Assembly (NCBI RefSeq): GCF_003704095.1
Contig: NW_020846445.1
Location: 62,001-126,000 of the forward strand
Source: Pocillopora damicornis
Taxonomy: Eukaryota
Direction of reading: 5' to 3'
DNA: 64,000 nt
The notes under the pieces were generated by a model. The model saw only the letters and a program-made list of their open reading frames with translations. It ran no database searches and had not been told where the DNA came from. The translations under genes were made by a program, and so were the position numbers. This document shows positions 45,801 through 62,667 of the stretch, in pieces. Positions within the stretch are counted from its first letter, which is position 1. Every line of letters begins with the position of its first letter.

Positions 45801-48598
45801 ACACCCTATGCGAGCAAATGATAGGGAAGTTAGGCTTTCTACAAATGCACATAGACAACCACCAGAAGGAATTGATACACACACTGCCAAACACCCATAA
45901 TAGTAAATGTTGAACACACAGTCCTACCATGAATCTTTTAAAGTGAGGAGGATTAACAATCTTCTCAAGATCCTGCCTACCTTGTCTTGAAGTCAGAAGA
46001 ACCAGCAGCCAGCAATAAGTTGTTTGGATGCCAATCAAGACTGCAGAAATTTTAATCAGACACAAAAGGAATTAATTTTAATGTTAAAAATTAAGTTACT
46101 TTGCTCTATCAATTTCTTGAATTATTTCACACCTTATTACAACATACACACACTGGGCCATAATAGTACCTCCTTTTTCAGTTTGAAATAACACTTCCAA
46201 TCTAACATTATATTTAATATAAAATTTTTCTTTATACATTTTAACACTCATACAATTTCCCCATAACTCTAGTCAGTAAAAAATTTGCTTAAACTTTGAC
46301 AAGGGAATGTTTCATGAAACACTCCAAAGATTATTATTAGATGTTTGCCTGAATAATATAGAAAGGGTTGTCCACAATAGGAGCTGCAAAATGAGTAATA
46401 ATGCTCACCACAAGACAGTGGAACGGATTGGCTTCTTGATGTGCTTGCTGACCCACCTACATGCACACAGAACAAGGAAATCAATCGATTGAATTAAATG
46501 TTTACTAACCTATATATAAGCACTACCAAAATGCAATGTGCCTTGCACTAAACAAGATCAAACAGTTCCTAAATAAGAGTAAGAAAATCAGACAGCATCA
46601 TATTACTAACCAGTCATTCTCCTTTTCAAAATAGCACACTGAAATGAGACGAGCACTGCTTCCTACAGCAAACTTGTCCTCTACAAACAACAAAAACTCT
46701 ATTTTAGAATCCACAGGACTTGAATAAAAAATTGCCTTAGTTTGCAGAACCTTAAGATATTTAATTGCCTAATCTGCAACTTAAGTGTGGCAGATTCATT
46801 TTCTCCCTTTCACTGTATATGCAAGCTTACTTATGAATATATCTAGTGTGCTCATTCCTACTCAATAAACAGTATGGAAAACTTTATAACTTGACTAAAC
46901 TACTACTACTACCACTTTCCCCATACATGTCAGCCTACTCACGAGTATATCTCACGAACAATTTGGATGTCCAAAACCCAATGTCATAATCCCTCACTGC
47001 AGTTCTAAAAGTGGTATTATGAGAAGAATTACAGTTACCTTTAGGAGACCAGCAAACACAGGTTGCAGCACGATTGATACGCAAAATAACAAGCATAGGT
47101 TTCCACTGGCCATCTTGTAGGTCCCATACATAGGCATTTCTGTCCTAAAGATGACAACAGTATTCATAATGATTCTATGATGCCAGATTGAAAATTATTT
47201 GTTGAAGGAGATGCAAAAAGAGGGTCCAAAACATCACCTGGCCACAAACACAAACTAATGTCATAGCCCAATGGTTTGTCCCAACATGACAAATGTTGGC
47301 AGAAGTGGACAAATCTTTAACCCTTTAACTCCCGTGAGTGACCAAGATAGAATTTCTCCTTACAATAGCAATGCAATATCAGGCAGACATGTGATGAGAA
47401 TGAAGAAAAATATCAGTTAGGGGATTATAAGTTGATCCAATATTAAATTATCCAAACTAACATCGCAAGAACTGTCTGGCAGACAGTAAGGAGAATTACT
47501 AATGAGATCTTGGGAGTTAAAGGGTTAAATGCATGGCAAACAGAGGGACAAAATTGTGATAAATTTGTCAATCACTAGTTGTAAAAGCTACAACCAGCAT
47601 GTAATTGAACTGAAATCAGTTTGCTAGGAGGGCAAAAACTGTCTTTCATTGCAGAACTGTCTTTCATTGCAAAACTTGGGGATTCTAAAATTTTAAAACG
47701 ACTTTGGATAAATCCTGGAAATAAGAGGTGGAATCCTTTGCCAAACTATGCTGGCCAGTCTTATGAACAGATCAGGCATTGACAAAATTTGATGGATTTG
47801 AAATTTTTAATGCAGATGCAACAGACGAGGCAAAAATTTGCCATGACAAAATTTGTCCTTTGATTTTGTTAGGACAATTCTAGTTTAGTCCGATAGTGCG
47901 GAAAGGCCCTCAATGACACTTTTTATCACAAATACTCACCGCTCCACAGGTGACAAGCCTGTTACTGGTTGGGGCCCAAGCCATTCCTGTCACACGTTGG
48001 CCATGCTAACAAAAAACAAAATCAAAGTAAGCTCAAAATGAGAAAAACTTATGGGGTTCATTTGCAGAGAAAGCGACAAAATAATTCAGAATGAAGTAGG
48101 CAAACAGTAAAACCTATTAGAAATGATCGACTGCTTAGGGCTGTAGAGGTATGATCATTTGTTAAAAAAAAAAATTATTCAACAGAGCACTTCAATACTT
48201 AAGCAACTAGATCAGACACATCTGATTGTGGTTAATTTTTCTATTCATCGTCCGCACCTCAGACAGTACAACTCCTTTATCCCATGTGTTGCCAGCTCTC
48301 TTGCAAATGTGAACGGTGCTGTCATTTGGAGAAAACGCCAGCTCTGCCGCATCAAAAACAAAAGTATCAGAATTTTTCATTCAGGCAAGGAGTTATCAAC
48401 CCCTCTACAATCCATATCGATAACTTTCACCGCTATTAGACATTAGGATGAGTAATTTTTAAGCAGACAAAACTGACTTCAGCTGTACGTAGCGGAAGTA
48501 AACTAATGAATCGGTAAAGACTTACGACTGCAATCCTTGTTGAAACAGAAGCAAGTAATCGGGCGGATAGAAAGCTCGTGAACTTCCTTATCCGACAT
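42867..48598 (-). CDS. ARPC1: Actin-related protein 2/3 complex subunit 1 (WD40), ~12 exons
   Basis: [113 protein letters not shown], ending [12 protein letters not shown]. Confidence 0.95.
43785..44022. repeat. Foldback repeat (copy 5, degenerate); partial copies also at ~19490-19850 and ~42595-42657
   Basis: ATTATCAACTGAGTTGATAACGCAAATTGACCACGG...GTGGCCAATTTACCTTATCAATTCAGTTGATAAT. Confidence 0.75.
44782..44995. mobile_element. piggyBac-like MITE
   Basis: TTAA-CCTTTTAACTCCC...GGGAGTTAAAGGG-TTAT. Confidence 0.8.
47317..47528. mobile_element. piggyBac-like MITE with perfect TIRs and TTAA target-site duplication
   Basis: TTAA-CCCTTTAACTCCC...GGGAGTTAAAGGG-TTAA. Opposite orientation to 44782 and 50405. 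Confidence 0.88.
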
Positions 48599-48889
48599 TT
48601 CGGATAAATACAATTATCAACAATTGCTAGTAAAGGTAAATTTGCCACGGACTCTGGTCAGTCTACGCAGCAAGATGGCGTCGAAGAATATCCGCCTCTC
48701 AAGTGGGCGTGGCTTTTACAAAACAAAAACTTGTACTGATTGGTTAGAATAAAAATTTAGGCCAATCAAAAGGTAGATTAATTTTAGTATTTTCATTCTA
48801 GACAGCTGTGCAGTAGTAGTGCATATTCAGTTTCCGGAGATGTTGTTTCGGTTGTGGGGGAGAGGTGTGTCTGGTACGACTTGGGGGAA
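48599..48889. promoter_or_regulatory. Bidirectional promoter ARPC1/CRYM
   Basis: 291 bp between start codons. YY1-like CAAGATGGCG at 48671, GC-box GGGCGTGGC at 48705, inverted and forward CCAAT boxes at ~48736-48743 and 48762-48768, ETS-like TTCCGG at ~48832. Confidence 0.7.
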
Positions 48890-53087
<4,198 letters not shown>

Positions 53088-53789
53088 CCAATGATAATTT
53101 TATCATTGTTTTCTGGGAAAGATGCCTGGGAGAGAAAAGACTGATATATTTTGAATGTGCCAAAGGCTAAGTGAATATTGTTGAATACCCCCAATACTAA
53201 GTATTATTAAATAAATGTATATCTCTCATACACCACTTTTTAAGATGAAATAAAAGGTGGGCTCTTCAAGGGCTTATATTTAAGCTATAGGAAGTCATTT
53301 ACCTTTCGTTTTCTTTCCTGTTTTCATTCAATGACTAATGACGAGTGCAACGAGGCACTTACCCCTGCCGGGCAACCTTCCCCCTTCCTTCCCCTCCCCA
53401 CTTCCACCATCTAAGTACCCACAAAATGGTTTTGACATCGAACCAGCTGGGAAGGCACAACAGCCCAAGACTTCTAGTGGCCTTGTATTAGGTTTGTTTT
53501 ATGCTAGTCCCAAGTGTGGTTAACGCACTCATTTTCCAACTTGTTTGAAAAAATACTTAGTTTTATTTTACCACACATTCCACATATTTTACAGACTAAG
53601 TTAATACAGTACAACAGGAGGAAATTACGCCGTCCAAACTTATGTTACGAAAAACTACTTTTTTTGTCGTGTAGCTTAATAATTTGCTTCTCACTATTTT
53701 AATACTAAAAACTACTTTCAGTGGTCTGCCAACACAGAAAAAGAGACAAGTTATTGTTGCTTATAATGTCGGTCACGTGGGATTTGCCG

Positions 53790-55995
53790 TCAGTTCTCGA
53801 TGACCTCTTTTTTCTCAGGTTGAAGCATTTGCACTGACTTGCAGTAGTCGATCTTCCATGTCCTGTCCCTGTGACAGAAAAGGAACGTGAAATTCGGTTA
53901 GATTGCTACTATTACGCACCGATAAATTTTCAGTTCCATTTCCGCTGATAAAAATCTAAGATTCTATTGGTTTAGCCCTATTGCTCCGCGTGATTGGTCG
54001 AGACAATTTGCAGGACCCTCTCAACCAATCAGATGGAAAACCAATTGTGATTTGCAGGGGCTTCAAATGGTACCTTGAAAAATTGTGGGTCTCACCAACT
54101 TTTTATTCGATTTCGAATAGTCGAAATCTCGAAAGCCTTTTCCATGGATCTCAAGTTCTCATATTTCTCCCAGACCTCTGTCAAAGGATGGCTGGATTAG
54201 CCCAGAGTTGTCGTCGGGAGCGAAGAAAGTCGTGATAGCGTTACAGTTTGAAAATAATGCATTGTAGAGGCTGATGTATCAACAAAACGAACTTAAATAA
54301 GGAATCCAATTAAAAGGAGTCATGAGGCTTAAATGTTTAGTCGCTCTCGTATTTTCGAACTGGGATCTCGGTGTCTCGTGAGTTTCGGGTTTCACCATTG
54401 GTCACCTTGCTTCTGTATTCTCGCGCTTCAGGCAGTTTGCTTTTTTTCCCGTCTTCTTTGAGTACGTACTTAAGTTTAGGTGTGATACTTACAATTGAAA
54501 TGGGGTCCACATGGTGTGAACCAGTTAATAGTTTAGTAAGTGTTCTAACCTCTTGTAATAGTGAAAGCAGCTGGAAATGCCAGTGATATAATCTCGCTTG
54601 TCTCTATCGACCTTAAACTCTAAGTTTTCCCCGGCCTTGTTCAGTGTGGGGGACTGGTGACAAGCTTCATGGTCAAATCTTCTGTCATTGCAACATTTAA
54701 ACTTGTAGCGCCGATCTCCCACTGGAAAATATTCGGCTTTCACACCTATGTATGAAAAATAAACCAAAATAATACACAGTTAATAATTATAATAATGATA
54801 ATTTTTCTTTTAACAAGACGACGTTCATTTGTACCCTTGAAACTTCTCCCCCAGGCAACCCCGTTCCGGCTGAGTTATTGCTTTGTAGTAAGTGTTTCGC
54901 TTCACGTTGGGTAACGATGTAAGACTCTGTTTGTGAGAGCAGTAATTGTCATGTTTCATAAGAAAATATCGACAACCATTCCAAGAGGTCTACGAAGCGG
55001 CCTTACCTGCTACGAAACCATGATTCGGGCAGTTAAAGAAGATGCCATCTCTTAGGTCATTGGCGAAATTGTGTTCCCAGAAGCAGTGTTCATAAGAGGC
55101 CTCGTTATACCCACAACCGAACGCCCAGATTCGGTCATGATGGCATTCACTGTAGTCGCTCTTCATGTAGATCAATGTCTGGCCTGAAATATCGAAATGA
55201 TAGAGATGAGATACTTTTGGCAACTATTTAATCATTAGATATCGTGTATATGGTTATGGTCAGAATATAAACTGAGCTAGGGGAAACAAGAATTTCAGCT
55301 GGTTCGATGATCTTCAATCAGCGACACCTGGCGATGGTTTTTGCGTATCCTTTGCGAGCCAGAAACTTCCTAGACAGTCGTGAACGCTCTTCGTTGTACT
55401 CCGTTGACAACTTTTCTTTCTTCATTCTCTTTTTCTTTACATTTTTATTACTACATTATCGTTATTGCTACTATTTTTATCGCCTTGCTGTTATATCTAG
55501 ATCTCTCGCGCAAAAGATCATGATCTGTAAGAAAATAAGAGCTCTTTAAACATGCTATTTTCTTGTAATTTTGGAGAAGGACTAGATCTGACCCTAATGC
55601 GCATGCGTAAATGCCTTACCTTTTGGACACTCGAAATCAAGAGATTTTGTCCACTCATTTGCCCACTGGACACCGTCTGGCCTTGATGAAGAACAAGGCA
55701 CAGAAGTAGCTGGTGTTGGTGGCGGCGGTGGATGTGTGTGATGCGGCGGGTAAGGTCTACGCGATGGGTACCGACGTCTACGATATCCTTTTCTGTATCT
55801 AAACCTCCATCTCCAGCCGTGTGGATCGTTTTCGGGTCCAGGTTTCTTTTTGTCGTCTCCAGGGGCATTGGCAACCTTAGGATCTATGTCGAGAAGTAAG
55901 GAGCCTTCTGGGCTCTTTTTGACGTCAGTCCCTTTGCAACATACGCAGACGAGCCCCAGGACCACGACTAGTGTTAACAAAATAGCTCCGCGCAT
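53790..55995 (-). CDS. Secreted dermatopontin / hemagglutinin-amebocyte aggregation factor-like protein, 4 coding exons (55995-55620, ~55182-55006, ~54745-54550, ~53869-53790)
   Basis: Signal peptide MRGAILLTLVVVLGLVCVCCKG, then dermatopontin repeats WANEW...DFECPKG, HDRIWAFGC, C.W...AND...FNCP..GFVAG, DRRYKFKCC, ITGISS and DRTWKIDYC, ending VIEN*. Confidence 0.88.
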
Positions 55996-56639
55996 GATTT
56001 TATCCTGAAAATCGTAAATTTGACTGATCAGTGAAGAAAACTGCAGATTTCAATTTTCACTGCTCTCATTCAGTTTTGGCACTAGAGGTTTAGCTGAGCT
56101 AAGTGCCCTAAAGGCATGGGAGTGAACGAATTTACATTGAGATTGACGTCGGTCGATGTCGCTCTGCGCCCCTCAGACAACAAACATTTTCAGATCTTTA
56201 TTTTGCCCAGATTTCGAGCTGTTTGTGAGTGGATAGGGCTCTGAATGCATGTATATCGATATTTGCATATTTTTCATTAGTCTTACGCGCGCAGACAGTT
56301 TTCATAAGTAACCTAAAGAGTGATCTGTCAAGTCAAGATAAACACACCGAACCCATTTAAAGTTCATTTGAATTTAAATAGCAGCAATATTAAACTTCAA
56401 ATGCCTGACGGGAATTTAAGCGCATTCCTACGAAGGTTAGCTGGATCGTTTCTGCTTCACTGTTCTAATTTCTCTGAGAATTTAATTTTGTTTCCTTTCT
56501 CAAATTCACGCTGCATGAATAGAAATCTCTCCGGTGTGAAACTATTTAAAACTGATGCACAGCTTTGCAGAGCTCTTTTTAAATTATTATTTAACCAAGG
56601 TATGCTACGATTAAAAAAACAACATACCGATGTTGAAGA

Positions 56640-59611
56640 GTTAGACTTCATCACGAATTGAATTCTCGGCCATTTTTGAGCATTAGATATAACGTAGAAA
56701 GGGAGTTTTGAACTCTTCGAGACAGAGTGACTTTCCAGCCTGTCTCTGACAAACTTAAGTTTACTCAAACATTTTATAATGAGTAGAAGTTCAAGAATTA
56801 AATACTTGGAAAGACAAAAATTCGAAATGATTTATAGCTTTGTGTTACCTGAATTTTTTGCAATTTACCTTAGTGTAGAAACGAATTACAACACGTCTTA
56901 GAATGGAATCTAGATTTAGGACTATACATTCATGAAAATAATGTTAGATGCTTGTAAGTGTTGAGGAATTTCAATTATTTATTTTCCCTTTAAATCTTAA
57001 ATTTTGATCCCTCGACAGGAGAAGACGGTGAATTTATCATTTCTGGGGTGCCCTCGATCGCAAAATTTAAGACTCCACGCAAAATGAACGAGATAAAGCC
57101 GCCAATAAACCATTCTGGATGCCAAGAACACACCGCGCGCATCAGACAGAACTGTTGCACCCCCAGGGGACAGAGGAATGAATGTAAGAGGGCAGAGTTT
57201 AAAATACGATTTCTCTTTTCTTTTAGCATTTTTTACGTCATCTCATGATTAACTGCTTGGGTGGGTTATTTCCGCTCCACATCCGCTCAAAAAAGATAGC
57301 AGTCGAGAGCAACTTAAAACTGAGGTGACACACCTTACTGATGGAAACACAGAAGTGCAGTAAACTCTGCTCGAGTGTTGGCGAAAAACGACGGAGCTGC
57401 ACCACCAGATAGAAATTGGTAAAGGTGAAAAGTGATCAGAGCCTTTCAGAGGTTTAAACTTACCTTTCTCAACTAGATACCGAAGCAGTGTACGAAACTG
57501 CGATGTTCGAGACCTTTGTAAATCTGACTTAGCGACAGATCCAGGCTTCACCAGATCAGGAGATTGCGGCGACCGCCTACGTAATTGTGTTATAGTTTAC
57601 GTATCTCTATGGTACAAATATTGATTTTATATGTTTATAAAGCAAACACGCGCTACATACCTTATAATTACTGTACTCTTTTAAAAGTGCCGGGCCTTGG
57701 GGTCACTTGTTTAACCAATGGATTTTCACTCGAAAGTGTTTTCTTTTTATGAAAACTATTTTAAAATTTTTTCGCAATTTTTCAGTTACCTTTCAATTGA
57801 ATTGAAAAAAATAAAGATAAACGTGCCGACAAATATGTGTTAGAAAAAGAGAAATCTGAAAAATCTACTGCAACTTGGTTCTTGCAGTTCTTGATTAATT
57901 CGCTTTTTGATTAAGCAAGAGAATTACACTCCCTTGTAAGAGGCCGTTTGCCTTTCATGCTATTCAGGTAGTTTTTTTTTGTTTCTACTACTGAACCTTT
58001 AATTACACCTTAACATCAGTATGCATATTCTCCATACTGTCCTCCATACATTCCCTAAGGTGTTAGCAAGGAGAATTTGTTTGACAATCAGGAACTTCCT
58101 AGGCTTAATATGTGATTCATGAGTGACATTGTAAGGAGAAATTAGATGTTAGGGTTAATGAGTTTTCATTGACTTTTCCATTTCTCTAATTGGTCATTAC
58201 TAATGATTGCATTGGTATTTAGTTTAATGAAACTATGCTCAGCCCTGATACCAAAAAGAAGTGAAATCGGATGAGTGTGTCGTAGAAAAAATTTTTTCAC
58301 TGAAAGAAGAGAAAGAGGATTTCCATAGATATTTGTCAACTTACGAGGAGTTGTCCATAAAGCGCAATAAAGAGTTGTTCACCTACCCCTCCCCTAACCC
58401 AACATTGACCCTGACTTATTAATAGTTGACTATTGTTGGGTTAGGGGAGGGGTAGGTGCCCAGTTGCACAGAGACTGATATTAATCCTTTCAATCTTCAT
58501 CCTGATAATACACATGAAAGAATCACGCGCTTCTGATTGGCTGAAACGAGCGCATTTTTAAAGTAACACGAGTGCAAAGTTGTAGCACGAGTCCTAATTA
58601 CAAATGTCTGTCTTGAATTTATGTGATCTTTTTCTATGTAAATTATTAATTAGTAATAACATGAATTGAGCGAAATTTGGTGTAAATAAACAGCCCATGC
58701 AGTTTTGTTGTGCTTGAAAAATTTACTGGTGCCTATTTAAACCAAATTGCTTTTGAATTCATATCAGTACCTATACTAATAGCAGAACAAATTAAAATAA
58801 AATTACCCAACTAAATGACAAGCGGCTTTTATGTAAATTATATGAGAATGTAATTGAGAAATATGACTCATCTGGCTTATTCTAATTACGACTTTCATGA
58901 TCGACAGCATCATCCATGTTTTGACGACTGGTAAAACTTCCTTAGTCTTAAGTTGTAATGTATTTGACCAGTCTGCGTTTGGAAGCAAAAAGAACCTCTT
59001 TATTTTTAATATTCGGCTTTAATCTAATCAAAAATACACGAGAAATTCCTTCTTTTTGTTTTGTTTTTATGTTTTCACTTTTTTAACAACATCTTTTTGT
59101 ATGTAAATATATCGACGACCACCTTTTTCCTCCTTTTCGTTTATTTTTACCTTGTTTTATTCTCGCGGCCAATCTATGATGAAAATGAAGACTTGAAACA
59201 CGGGGGATGATATCACAAAAGGAAAGATTGGAATCACATCGAGTAATATCAAGGCATTATTATTCATATCCTCTACTTTCAGCTCTTATAAGCTCTCGGC
59301 ATTACATAATAGTGACAAGCTGCCAGCTTTAGTAAAATAACTGAAAATTAACATTTGTTTCAAAAGTCAGTTTATATGCCAAATGTCTGGTATATCACAT
59401 CCCTAACTTAGAAAGTCTCGTGAATTATTACCTGTAATACGTAGAGTGCAAGCACTCACGCAATTTTGTGACGTCTGAAGAAAACAGATGATGTTCACAA
59501 CTGAATGCCTTATCTCATTGTTTATTAACGGATTAATTAAGAAAGCGTTTCAACCAGCTGGTTATGTGCTAAGATTAGTTTATTTAGTTTGAGATCGGCA
59601 GGGAGACCGGC
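56640..59611. repeat. Left arm of large inverted duplication
   Basis: Reverse complement of 60152-62667 at many checked anchors, e.g. TTAGACTTCATCAC at 56641 vs GTGATGAAGTCTAA at ~62653, and GAGATCGGCAGGGAGACCGGC at 59591 vs GCCGGTCTCCCTGCCGATCTC at 60152. Confidence 0.92.
58380..58460. repeat. Short hairpin/MITE-like element; mirrored copy at ~61345-61425, partial copies at ~52025 and ~53355
   Basis: CACCTACCCCTCCCCTAACCCAACA...TGTTGGGTTAGGGGAGGGGTAGGTG perfect inverted repeat. Confidence 0.75.
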
Positions 59612-59681
59612 AGTTAACCGCGGAATTTTTCATACAAACGATCACTTGAAGTCCAGAAAATTATCTATAACTCAGTGAAGA

Positions 59682-60051
59682 ATGATAAATATTGAAGTGC
59701 CATCCACTTCAGGGCTCATCGTGAACGTCGTCTTGAACGTCTTTTCTGCATTTACAGCGATCGTTTTCAATAGCATAACGATACAAGCTATAAAGAAAAC
59801 TTCCTCTTTACCAAATCCTTTGAAAATATTACTGTTGAGTCTTGCCCTTTCTGATCTTGCTGTTGGTTTAGTCGCTCAACCATTATGGATTGTTAACATT
59901 TTGAGGAAAAAGGATACCGAAGTGTTATGGATCATCCAATCTACACTGGCCAACGCTTCGTTCCTCGGTATCATGGCCCTGAGCGTGGACCGATTTCTAG
60001 CAGTTCATCTTCATCTCAGATATCGGGAACTTGTGACTTACAAGCGCGTTC
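59682..60051 (+). CDS. Rhodopsin-class GPCR (melanocortin/adenosine-receptor-like orphan), TM1-TM3 only, truncated by assembly gap
   Basis: TM1 TAIVFNSITI, TM2 LLLSLALSDLAVGLVAQP, TM3 ALSVDRFLAVHLHLRYRELVT. No intron is visible before the Ns. Confidence 0.88.
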
Positions 60052-60151
60052 NNNNNNNNNNNNNNNNNNNNNNNNNNNNNNNNNNNNNNNNNNNNNNNNN
60101 NNNNNNNNNNNNNNNNNNNNNNNNNNNNNNNNNNNNNNNNNNNNNNNNNNN

Positions 60152-62667
60152 GCCGGTCTCCCTGCCGATCTCAAACTAAATAAACTAATCTTAGCACATA
60201 ACCAGATGGTTGAAACGCTTTCTTAATAAATCCGCTTTTAATACATAATGAGGTAAAGCATTCTGTGGTAAACATCATCTGTTTTCTTTAGTCGTCACAA
60301 AACTGCGTGAGTGCTTGCACCCTACGTATTACAGGTAATAATTCATGAGACTTTCTAAGTTAGGGATGTGATATACCAGACATTTGGAATGTAAACTGAC
60401 TTTTAAAAAAAATTTCAATTTTCAAAACTTTTATTAAAGCTGGCAGCTTGTACATGCTAGTATGTAACGCCAAAAGCTTATAAGAGCTGACAATATAGGA
60501 TATGAATAATAATGCCTTGATATTACTCGATGTGATTTCAATCTTTAATTTTGTGATATCATCCCCCGTGTTACAAGTCTTTATTTTCATCATAGATTGG
60601 CCGCGAGAATGAAGCAAGGTAAAAATAAACGAAAAGGAGAAAAAAAGGTGGTCATTGATATATTTACATACAAAAAAAAAGTTGTTGAAAAAGTGAAAAA
60701 AAACAAAACAAAACAAAACAAAAAGAAGGAATTTATCATGTATTGCGGATCAGATTAAAGCCGAATGTTAAATATAAAGCGGTTCTTCTGGCTTCCAAAC
60801 GCATACTAGTCAAATACATTACAACTTAAGACTAAGGAAGTTTTAACAGTCGTCAAAACATGAATGATGCTATCGATCATGAAAGTCGTAATTAGAATAA
60901 GTCAGATGAGTCGTATTTCCCAATTTCATTCCCATATAATTTACATATCATAAAAGCCGCTTGTCATTTATTTGGGCAATTTTCTTTAAATTTGTTTTGC
61001 TGTTAGTATAGGTACTGATGTGAATTCAAAAGAAATTTGGTTTAAATAGGCACCAGTAAATTTTTCAAACACAACAAAACTGCATGGGCTGTTTATTTAC
61101 ACCAAATTGCACTCAATTCATATTATTACTCATAAATAATTTACATATAAAAAGATCACATAAAATCAAGACAGACGAAATTTTATGAGCGCGCGCGTCA
61201 TTTGTAATTTGCACTCGTGCTACAACTTTGCACTCGTGTTACTTGAAAATTGCGCTCGTTTCAGCCAATCAGAGGCGCGTGATTCTTTCATGTATTATCA
61301 GGATAAAAATTGAACGGATTAATGTCAGTCTCTGTGCAACTGCGCATCTACGCCTCTCCTAACCCCACAATAGTCAACTATTAACAAGTCAGGGTCAATG
61401 TTGGGGTGGGGGAGGGTTTAGATGAACAACTCTTTATTGCACTTTATGGACAACTCCTCATAAGTTGACAAATATCTATGGAAATCCTCTTTCCCTTCTT
61501 TCAGTGACAAAATTTTTCCTACGACACACTCACCCGATTTGACTTCTTTTTCGTATCAGGACTGAGCAGTTTCATTAAACTAAATACCAATGCAGTCATT
61601 AGTAATGACCAATCAGGGAAGTGGAAAATGTCAATGAAAGCTCATTAACCGTAGCATCTAGTTTCTCCTTACAATGTCACTCATAAATCACGCATTAAGG
61701 TCACGAGAGTAAAGGAAATGATCACCAACCTAGGAAGTTCTTGATTGTTAAAAAAATTCTACTCGTTAGCGCCTTAGGGAAAGTATGAAAGACAGTATGG
61801 AGAATATACATACTGATGTTAAGGTGTAGTTGAAGGGTTCAGTTTGAAAGGCTCTGATCACTTTTTACCTTTACCAATTTTAATCTTGTGGTGCAGCTCT
61901 GTCGTTTTTTGCAAACACTCGAGCAGAGTTTACCGCACTTCTGCATGTGTTTCCATCAGTAAGGTGTGTCACCTCAGTTTTAATCTACTCTCGACTGGTA
62001 CCTTTTTTAAATGGATGTGGAGCTGAAATATCCTAGCCACAAGCAATTAATATAATCTTGGGATGACGTAAAAAAATGCTAAAGAAAAAAGAAATCGTAT
62101 TTTAAACTGCCCTCTAACATTCATTCCTCTGTCCCCTGAGAGTACAACAGTTCTGTCTGATGCGCGCGGTGTGTTCTTGGCATCCAGAATGGTTTATTTG
62201 CAGCTTTATCTCGTTCATTTTGCGTGGAGTCTTAAATTTTGCGATTGAGGATACCCCAGAAATGATAAATTAATCGTCTTCTCCTGTCGAGGGATCAAGA
62301 TCTAAGATTTAAAGGGAAAATAAATAATTGAAATTCCACGACATTTACAAGCATCTAACACTATTTTCATGAATGTATAGTCCTAAATCTAGATTCCATT
62401 CTAAGACGTGTTGTAATTCGTTTCTCCACTAAAGTAAATTGCAAAAAATTCAGCTAACACAAAGCTATAAATCATTTCAAATTTTTGTCTTTCCAAGTAT
62501 TTAATTCTTGAACTTCTATTCATTATAAAATGTTTGAGTAAACTTAAGTTTGTCAGAGACAGGCTGGAAAGCCATTCTGTCTCGAAGAGTTCAAAACTCC
62601 CTTCCTTTCTACGTTATATCTAATGCTCCAAAAATGGCCGCGAATTCAGTTTGTGATGAAGTCTAAG
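60152..62667. repeat. Right arm of large inverted duplication; both ends abut N gaps
   Basis: Reverse complement of 56640-59611 with scattered substitutions and indels. It lacks the ~540-bp segment 57449-57989. Confidence 0.92.

Noticed and set aside
56320-57551. ORFs of 66-113 aa, one echoed at 61844-62026 (KGSDHF..LPI..WCSSVVF)
   Set aside because: The similarity comes from the DNA-level inverted duplication, and frames are broken between arms.
56640-62667. Autonomous DNA transposon with long TIRs
   Set aside because: No transposase is visible, the arms are mosaics of ordinary intergenic DNA and MITEs, and the outer right end and any TSD are hidden by a gap.
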